64,000 nucleotides of DNA from the human T2T-CHM13v2.0 reference genome, Homo sapiens. Positions 54,505 through 64,000 of the stretch are shown here, in pieces. The stretch lies in the NCBI RefSeq assembly GCF_009914755.1, contig NC_060929.1, one strand, 5' to 3'. Positions within the stretch are counted from its first letter, which is position 1; every line of letters starts with the position of its first letter. Under the pieces are notes generated by a model that did no database searches, was not told the DNA's origin, and saw only the letters and a program-made list of their open reading frames with translations. A program made the translations under genes and the position numbers.

Positions 54505-55635
54505 AAAACATTTTTATTTTTAATTTGTATGGTATGTGTTGTATATATTTATACAGTGCATGTGATTTTTTGATACAGGCATACAATGCCTATATCAATT
54601 CAGGGTAATTGGGATATCTGTCATCTCAGGCCTTTTATCATTTCTTTGTGTTAGGAACATCCCAATGTCACTGTTTCGGTTATTTTAAAATATACGATGA
54701 ACTATTTTCATCTATAGTCACCCTATTGTGCTACCAAATACTAGATCTTACTCATTCTATCTAACTGTATTTTTGTACCCATTAACCATTCCCACTTTAA
54801 CACACTCTACCCACCCCCAGCCTCTGGCAACCATCATTCTACTCCCCGTCTTCATGAGTTGTTGTTTTAATTCCCACATGAGTGAGAACATGTGAAGTTT
54901 GTCTTTCTGTATCTGGCTCATTTCACTTAACATAATGCCCTCTTGTTCTATCCGTGTTGTTGCAAATGACGGGATTTCATTCTTGTTTATGGCTGAACAG
55001 TACTCCATTGCATACATGTAGCACATTTTCTTTATCTGTTCATCCACTGATGGATACTTAGGTTGATCCCATATCTTGGCTATTGTGGGTAATTCCGTAA
55101 TAAACATGGGTGTGCAAATATCTCTTCAATGTACTGATAACATTCTCCTTTGGATATATACCCCAAAGTGAAAATGCTGGAACATGTGGTAGTTCTATTT
55201 TTATTTTGGGGGGAGCCCCCATATTGTTTTTCATAATGGCTATTCTAATTTACATTCCCACCAAAAGTGTACAAGGGTTCCCTTTTCTCCACATTCTCAC
55301 CAACACTTGTTATTTTTGATCTTTTCATAATAGTCACTCTAACAGGCATGAGGTGATAGCTCATTGTTGTTTTAATTTACATTTCCCTGATGATTAGTGA
55401 TGTCTAACTTTTTTTTTTCATGTATCTGTTAGCCATTTATATGTCTTTTCAAAAATGTCAATTCAGGTCTTTTGCCCATTTCTTAATCATATTATTTGTT
55501 TTCTTTCTGTAGAATTGTTTGAATTCCTTATATATTTTGGTTATCAATCTCTTACTAGATATGTGGTTTACAATCATTTTCTCCCATTGTATAGGTTGTT
55601 TCTTTACACTGTTAGCTGTTTCCTTTGTTGTGCAG
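54505..55635 (-). mobile_element. L1MA-like 3' end with ORF2 C-terminal remnants
   Basis: Minus-strand peptides MFITELPTIAKIWDQPKYPS and QPIQWEKMIVNHISSKRLITKIYKEFKQ; L1MA 3' UTR. Confidence 0.85.
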
Positions 55636-55759
55636 TGATCAGTTGTTCTTAGAATTACCTGGAGTGATATAATTTGTCTAGAGCCGTGCCCATGCATAGT
55701 ATTGTTGAAAATCTTTCTGGATGATTCTAATGAGCAGTCATGTTGGAAAATCAGTTCTG

Positions 55760-56650
55760 TAGATAATGGGGAGCTTTGAAGAGTTCTGAGTAGGTGAGCA
55801 CCGTGATCAGATTACCTCTTGATGGCTGGAGCATAGAAGGATGTATTGGAGGTTTTTGTTCTTAGAGATTGTGACAATTGACAGCTATTTCCCCAGACCC
55901 AGTGAGAGATGAATTTTAAGTCATAGTGGAAATGGAAGTGAGGAGATGGACTTAAGAGCTAAGGAGGAGAGAGAATTTGCAGAACTAGTGATTGATTAGA
56001 GATGTAGGAGTGGGATGTGGGAATTTTTAAGATGATGCCTAGGTTTTGGATTTGGATGATAATAATATTCCTAGAGATAGGGTATAAGAGAAGAAAAAGA
56101 AAAAAAATAATATTCCTAGAGATAGGGTATAAGATAGGTGGTTGTTGTGTTTGAGCCATTGGGAGAGGGTGAAGAGGAGTGAGTTTTGCTTTGTGAACAT
56201 CGAGTTTCATTCATTATTCATTTACTCAACAAATACTTATCGAGCATCTAATATGCCAGGCACTGTTCCAAGTGCTGGAATTGTAGCAGTCAAAAAAAAT
56301 AGACAAACTTCCCTAACTTATTTTATAATGGGAAAGACAAAATATAAGCAGGGGAAATGAATGCAGGGTGGTAGGTGTGCAGTTATGAATAGGGTGGTTA
56401 GATGGACCTCACTGAGAAGATGATATTTAAGCTATGCAGATGTCTGAGGGAGAAGCTTTTCTGCAGGAAAGAGTAGGTGGACAAGTCCCCTTGGAAACAC
56501 AATTGGCAGATCAAGAACTAGGCAGAAGGCAAGGGAAACTAGAATTGAAGAAGGCACTTTGGGACAGTAGTAAAACGGGATGAGAGAGGAAAAAACATGG
56601 GATATGAGGGCAGATATCATGTATGGCTTTGCAGCCCTTTGTGAAAACTT
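55760..56650 (-). mobile_element. L2 fragments, antisense
   Basis: TTCATTTACTCAACAAATACTTATCGAGCATCTAATATGCCAGGCACTGTTC ... CCTCACTGAGAAGATGATATTTAAGC. Confidence 0.7.
56061..56134 (+). repeat. Perfect 29-bp direct repeat flanking a 16-nt A-rich spacer
   Basis: AATAATATTCCTAGAGATAGGGTATAAGA at 56061-56089 and 56106-56134; spacer GAAGAAAAAGAAAAAA. Confidence 0.92.
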
Positions 56651-57178
56651 TTTAGTAGAAAAGTAAGGATCATCTAGCTGAATAACTTTCCCAGATTAGG
56701 CAGGCAGGGGTACAAATCCATTGTGAGTATTATCAGACTGCATAAATGTATTTGTTTTAAGTAAATTATATTCATGGGTAAAGTAGTTAATATTTAAAAT
56801 TAAAAAATAAATTGTATCACAGCCATAGAATTAAAAAGTTTAATTTAAGATTTGATTTATTAAACTTAGTAATTTGTTTGAAAATTATATAAAATTTAAG
56901 TTCTATTTAGTGATTTGAACTAAATCACTAATATAAAATGGTTCAAACACTAAAAAGCATAAAAATACATATAATGAAAAATCAATTTCTGTTCTCTATC
57001 TTCCTAGAGAGCTTCCCCCAACCCCCTACTAACCACTCTTTTTTATATTTCCATAGTTTCTCTCAAACATTAGACAACTTGATACATATGTTACCTCCTC
57101 TGCCCTCAATTTTTGTTTATCTCAAGAGGTGACATATTACTCAACATTGTTCTGAATGCTTTTAAAATTAGAATTAAC

Positions 57179-57479
<301 letters not shown>

Positions 57480-58239
57480 TTAACTTTCTGTAGTTATTCT
57501 TATGCCAGTACCTAGATATCATCTTTATTCTTTTTTTTTACTTTAATGCTGCCTAGCATTTCAAACCAATTGAATTATTGTTTTAAGAGAAGTGCATGCA
57601 CTTCTGTGAGAGCAAGAGGAAAATGCACTGCATAGCATCCTCCAATTAACACACAAATTCCCAGCCTTTTTAGACTACTAAAAAAATTTTTAAAAGAGGA
57701 GCAAATTCCTCAAATAATGATTATCCCTCTTTAATATGTCTCATTTGTTTATTCTACATTTACTGAGTATGTCTTGGAAAACACATACTTTGCTGAGTGG
57801 TGGGATAGGTGAGTTCTCTGTCCTTGTGGAATTTATATTTTCATGGAGGGAGATAAAAAATAAGTAAACAAATAGATGATCACAAACTCTGAGAAGAAAT
57901 GAGCTATATTATGCAGGAAAGATTAAATGCGGAGGCCACTTCAGAGTATTTCACCAGGGAAGGCTTCTGGGAATAGGTGACATTTGAGCCCAGAAGTAAA
58001 GCATAAGAATGAACCTGGGAAGAGTTGAATATCTAGACTAAGGCCTTACTGAGATGTGTGTAGAATTGGTTATGGGCTAATGTGGTTGATATATAAACAT
58101 TCAGGGAGAAATGACATGAGAGTAAGGTTCCAGAGAGGCAGGAGCCAGATGATGGAAGAGAAGTTTAGTAAGAGAAATGGGAAGGCTTGAAAGATTTTAA
58201 ACAGCTGAATGATCTGCCTTATTTATAACTTCATGTTCT

Positions 58240-58592
58240 TTTTAAAATTTTATTTTTCAGTTGACAAATAAAAATTGCAAATTTCTGTGGTGTACAACGT
58301 GGTTTTGATATATGTATACATTATGGAATGGCTGAATCAAGCTAATTAGCATGCGTTACCTTGCATACTCATCATATTTTTGTGGTGAGAACACTTAAAA
58401 TCTACTATTTTAGTTGTTTTCAAGTATACAGTATATTATTATTAACTATAATAATCACAACGTACAATAGCTGTCTTGAACTTATTTCTCCTATCTAACT
58501 GAAATTTTCTATCCTTTGATCAAAATCTCCCAATTTTCCATTCCCCAACCTCTGGTAAACACCATTCTACTCTCTGCTTCTATGAGTTCACC
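58240..58592 (-). mobile_element. L1MA8/9-like 3' end
   Basis: GGAATGGCTGAATCAAGCTAATTAGCAT...GTGGTGAGAACACTTAAAATCTACT...ACCATTCTACTCTCTGCTTCTATGAGTTC. Confidence 0.8.
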
Positions 58593-60857
58593 ATTTATAT
58601 TTTTTTAAAGAAATGCTTAGTGTGATCTGAAAGGGAGAAATTGTAATATTAAAACACGTTTTAGGTATTCTTGAATATTTCTTATACTAATGTGTGTGTA
58701 TATATGTGTGTGTGCATGTATATATATATGCATTTATATAAAGCATTTATCACTGCATGAGATTGTGAGGGCAGTTATGGATATTCTTTATTATTAAATG
58801 GCCAGTAAGAGGATAATGGACATATAGGATAATAAATCTCCAGTTGTAAATTTGAGTTTCTGTGTATTTTATGTGATTTACCAGCCCTTGAATGCAATAT
58901 ATTCTGTCATTGAGAGTTTCTGAATTAGGATTACAAAACAAATTTGGGGCCATTAAAGCATATAGCATGGAACTTGATCACACATTATTATTTGGTCACG
59001 AACCAAAGTTCTTTTTATTTCCCTTGAAAATTCAGTTTAGATGGCCAACTTATTGATTATTTACATGATATTATTTGTCAAGCCCACAGGTTATTTTTGT
59101 AATACAGAATCATTTAATAAAGTTTCCATCTGAAATGTCTTTATTTTGGTGTGCCAAATCTCTTAAGATATATGTCTTATTTTGTGTAACTGGAGTTTAG
59201 ATTTATGAACATATAGTTTTATTTTGTGTCTTAATTGAGTTGTAGGTACTTCTACTGTAAACAGACTGAGAGCAGCATAACCTTGGATTAATTTAAAATA
59301 TAAATCCATGATCATTGATTTTCCACCCATATAATTGGTTATGTTAAGATTCATGTGATTCCCCTACGGTTGTTTAAAATTCTGCATTTCTCATATTTGA
59401 CCTTCACCTTGTTTTGGTTTCCCTTTTTTTTTAAATAATCTTAATGATTTATGCAGTTGTGGTAAATCAAATTTTAGCAAGAATGTCTTCTGACTTTAGA
59501 AAGTCTATAGAAACATTTACCATAATCAAATAACTTTTGTTATTGAGCGTTTGCTCTTCTGATGACATATTTTATAGTTTTGTTTGTGTTTTTTCCATTG
59601 GTTATAAGCATATAGTTGATAAATACTCTTGTTGGTATACATATTTGTTACATAATATTTATATATTCAATTCACTAACTTCTGCATGTCGATTGTCTAA
59701 CACCTGGTCAAGTGTATAAATAATTTTAAATTTATTGAAATTGATCTGTTGTTTTATTTAAAGAGCATTTAACAGTATACCACAAATTGGTTTTGTTGAA
59801 ACCTAGGCGACCTAATGAATCATAGTGTATTAATAATAAAACAAACTTACTTGAAACAAACAATAAATGTAGATATTTTCATGAGGTCCTATAAGGCCCT
59901 GATTTACGTAAATTTTAGTATTCTGTTTTTTTCTTAACTAAGTTCTAATTTTTTTAAATTTCAACTGAATTTTCATTTTATGTTCTTTATGCCTCTAATA
60001 TTTCTTTGTTTTCTGGTCTTCATATTGTTCAGTGCTATCAGCAGGTTTTATTTTGCCTCAATTCATTTTAGAAATGGTTCATTTTCTGTTAAATACTACC
60101 ACATTGCTCTGGAATTCTTGGACACATTATGAATTTCAATTACATTTTTCTTAAAAAAAACTTTTGACATTTGTAACAAATGGTCACAAGAACTAAGTTT
60201 TGTGTTTGGGACACTGTGTTTGTAGATTAAAAAATCAACCTACCCAAAACCCTTAAAATATCCAAGCTTGTAAAACTTGAATTGCATTTGAATTACACCA
60301 AATATCCATTTCATCAAGTATGTCGTTTGCAGAATTGATTGAAACAGTTGATATCGAGTGAAATTGAGTTCATCAAATTTGGCAGACAACTGTAATAATT
60401 GAAGGAAAATGTCTGTGAATGATTGAAGGAAAATGCATTTCGTTGTATTTCAGGTTTTATTGTATAGTGGCACATATCAGTTTCGTGTGTAAATAAGTAA
60501 TAATACTGACAATTCCTGGTTATGTAAAACATTTACACTTGTATTTTTTTTAAAGAAACTGTATTTTCATTTTATTTTTTTCCCAAAAGATTTGTGGTTG
60601 AACACATTACAGGAACATTTTTTTAAAGGATTGGAGTGGTTAATCCCTTTCTTGTTTTCCATTTCTCCATATTAGTGTTAAATTCCAGTTTTTGTGTGTG
60701 TGTGTGAGTTTATAGGATATGTAGTTGACCTGAAGCCCCCACAATTCCTAGGAAAAATGAATCAAGAATGATAATTTTATGTGATTCTTATTGGCCAATT
60801 CATGTGGTTATTAATCATAAATTTTAGAATAGTAGAAAATTATGAAAATACATTTTT

Positions 60858-61063
60858 AAAACTTTTAAGTTCGGGAGTACATGTGCAAGATGTGCATGTT
60901 TGTTGCATAGGTAAATGTGTGTCATGGGGGTTTGTTATACAGATTATTTCATCACCCAGGTATTAAACTTGGTATTCATTTGTTATCTTTCCTGATCCTC
61001 CCTCTCCCCACCCCCCACCCTGTGAAAGGCTCCAGTACTCAACTTCACTGATCATTAGAGGGA
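60858..61063 (-). mobile_element. Very short L1PA(8-13)-like insertion with a tiny inverted 5' piece
   Basis: Antisense L1 3' UTR at 60858-61036, then sense L1 CTCAACTTCACTGATCATTAGAG; TSD GAAAATACATTTTT / GAAAATAAATTTTT. Confidence 0.8.
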
Positions 61064-61549
61064 GAAAATAAATTTTTTGTTAGTTCATATTTGTCATTTT
61101 TTCAGTAGAATAGAATTTACATGGCTTGGCCAAATTAATCTAGAACTGTATCTAATAGTTTTTATTTTTAAATAAAACAAGTTTTTTTATTTAACAGTTT
61201 GGTAGATAATGCTGGCATCATTTTGTACAGCTGCTTTGATTAGCTTTGTTTCTTTTGGATGCTATATTTACAGTTGAAGTAAATTTAGGTGAGTCTCTGC
61301 ATCATTTTAACACTTAAGGTATCATGTAACTTGTGGAGGAAATGGCAGTTGGAACAAAGACTTATTGTAGCATAAAAACCAGTATAGATACCTAACTAAA
61401 TGCTGATCTGTAGCTCGGTGTGGTTCTATTAATTTCTACCTTCTTTCATTATAGAATTAAAACTATGCTAAACAAGTCTCAAATATCTGGTATTTTATTA
61501 TGCTGCTGATGAACAATAATCTAAATGAACATTTCTGAGTGTATAAAAT

Positions 61550-61830
61550 AATGATAGTAATAAGCATAAAATTGATTTATATTGATATGTAGCTAAAACA
61601 ATATTGACCACATTTATGTACCAAGCTGTGTACTGGGTGCTTTAACACAGTTTTCTGAGCTATAAAGGGGATTAAGTGAGTTCTTTGCCCTATGCCACAA
61701 ATGAGGGAACAGGCTCAGAGAAATTTAATAACTTGCCCAAGATCACACTGCTAGAGAGTTGTTAGGGTCTTGCTTTGAGCTCTGGCTTATTTTATCTCAA
61801 AGACTATATATTCTTCTCACAATGTTACAC
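61550..61830 (-). mobile_element. MIR, antisense
   Basis: CACAAATGAGGGAACAGGCTCAGAGAAATTTAATAACTTGCCCAAGATCACACTGCTAG. Confidence 0.75.
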
Positions 61831-62860
61831 TGAAATTCTGCTTATGAGTTCAAAGAATGGCATTTCATTTTTATTTTAAAACTGCAATGTCAGATTGGAA
61901 TAGACAAGTTCAAGTATATATAATATAAGGAAATGGGAAAGAAAAGAGGTAGGTGACAAAGGTCAGACAGTAAAGGCCCAGAATGAACTACTGTCATCCA
62001 TTTTAGCATTCTCTCTACTAGACAGTTGGAGCTAGAGTCACTTTGTTGTTCTAGGAGAGATCTGTGAGGAGTGAAAGAGATCAAAATTGCTACATTTCTT
62101 CTAGTCCTTAGCATGTTTACAGGAAAAATATGTAAGAATAAAGTTTTCATTTTCGGTAGAAACAGAAAATTGTATCTTTTACTGTGCCTCAGGGCAAGAA
62201 TAAAAATATAGGCTGTCAGTTTTATTTAATGTAATTGTTTTTCTTTCAGCTATACTATTTAGGAACAAAGTGCACATGGGACATGGGCACACACATCACA
62301 CTAGAATTTCACTTGATGGGCTGTATTCTGAAAACTCATCATTGTAGTGGAACATGTTCCTTGTTCTGGTGATTAGTGTAGGTTAGAATGAAGATTTCTC
62401 ATTTACTGCTCAAAAATATATACACATAGTGGAAATTTCTCAGGAATAGTTAAATAGCAAAAATAAAAAAAAACCACAAACTAGCTACAACTTTGTTGAA
62501 ATCCTTATTGCTCCAGGAATTTTTAACATTAGTGTTTAATAATTTTTAATTTCTAGGAGTGTCTTTTACATTTCTTTATATTGTTAGTAAATCCTTGTGA
62601 AAATCTCTATGGATAAATGGGGTTATTACCACCTTTATTAAAATTACCATAGTAAGCAAGTTTGTGTTGAATTTAGCCATATGCTTAGCTGTTGATAGAA
62701 TATGAAAATGATGATGCTCCAGATAATCTCTTTAGAAAGGTACAACTATTTCTCGAGTTTAAACAAAATGTTAACTCGTACAGTAAAAATATCAGGACAT
62801 CAGAGTATACCTGAATGAATGTATTGGAAGTACTTACCAGGTATAAAATTCTATGCCTTC

Positions 62861-63162
62861 GGGCATGGTGGCTTAAGCAAGCATGGATGGAATCTTAGCA
62901 CTTTGGAAGGCCGAGGCAGGCAGATCACCTGAGATCAGGAGTTGAGACCATCCTGGCCAACATAGTGAAACCCCATCTCTACTAAAAATACAAAAATTAG
63001 CCAGACATGGTGGCTCATGCCTGTAATCCCAGCTACTCAGGAGGTTGAGGCAAGAGAATCATTTGCACCCAGGATGCAGAGGTTGCAGTGAGACAAGGTC
63101 TCGCCACCGCACTACAGCCTGAGCAGCAGAACCAGACTCTATCTCAAAAAAAAAAAAAAAAA
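62861..63162 (+). mobile_element. AluS with an altered 5' end
   Basis: GGGCATGGTGGCTTAAGCAAGCATGGATGGAATCTTAGCACTTTGG..., normal remainder and A-tail. Confidence 0.9.
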
Positions 63163-63318
63163 GCTATCCCTTATTCTAAGCACATAACCATTTTTCTTGA
63201 AGAGTGTAGCTATGGAAACAAGATAGCCAAGTAAGAATATGAGTCACATAGAAGCTAACATGGCATTGATAAGTTATACATAGATAAGCACCATAGATGT
63301 TTAAAAGGAGGCATCACT

Positions 63319-63330
63319 GGGGGGGGGGGG
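63319..63330 (+). repeat. G12 homopolymer
   Basis: Directly visible. Confidence 0.9.
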
Positions 63331-64000
63331 TATGAAGTTTTGCCTGGAGGACTTCATGATAAACTTTCCAAGCATAGAGAAGGAATGAAACAAGGTGAGC
63401 TGCATATGATGCCCTGAGGGGAGGACGGTCAGGCTAGTTTCACCTACATCAAAGCTGTAGATGAGGCAGTCACAGAACCAAAAGAGGAAACCCGAGACCC
63501 TTACCCCCATAAGGCTGACTGCATCAGTGACTACCTAAGAGTCCCAGCTGTTGTCAAAAAGCCATGGGAAGACTACAGATGAGATGACAGCCACAGAGGG
63601 ACCACGAAAAGTATGAAGGAGAATACTCTCCTACTGCTGGGGATTGAGCATCTCTTCTACCCTACCAATTAAAGTAACATCTTAGAATTCTGGGAACACG
63701 TAGGTAACTAGGTTAATTTCATTTTATTTTGGAAACAGCTTTATGCAAATTTGTGTCTGGTGCACATCAGTCTTTCCATTTCAGTCGGTTTTAAATTGCC
63801 TTTGTCTCAGCCTCCTGATTTTATTACAGTCTGCCTATAGTAACAGTTGTAAGGTCATATATCATGCTAACTGAATTTTTTTTTTGTCATTTTGAATAAT
63901 GCACCGAAAATAACTCCTGTTTAGTGTGGCTTTGAAAATAATTTAAAACATGTATATTTGTGAAAAATATATCCGGCCTACACATGTGTCTCCATTCTTA

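Noticed and set aside
60398-60435. 14-bp direct repeat ATTGAAGGAAAATG
   Set aside because: Short, two copies in AT-rich DNA; compatible with ordinary slippage.

Overview
Repeat-rich primate genomic DNA, almost certainly human because it carries an intact AluYb-lineage element. The window holds the 5' end of CHSY3 (chondroitin sulfate synthase 3) on the + strand: a CpG-island promoter (~36.6-38.7 kb), coding exon 1 (37638-38439, 802 nt), a 2.4-kb intron 1, exon 2 (40885-41168, 284 nt) and the first ~23 kb of intron 2. The upstream 36 kb is intergenic and dominated by dead transposons: three large L1 copies (one with a twin-priming 5' inversion), Alus, solo LTRs, L2/MIR and MER DNA transposons. 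Nearly all other ORFs in the track are L1/Alu remnants or GC-rich shadows of the CpG island. I find no convincing new multi-gene system. The best leads are candidate splicing signals around CHSY3 (a donor reconstituted at the exon 1/2 junction, an alternative first exon, a MER5-derived cassette exon, a 15-nt stop-containing microexon) and several unusual retrotransposition scars. Subfamily names and old-repeat boundaries are recalled by eye and approximate.
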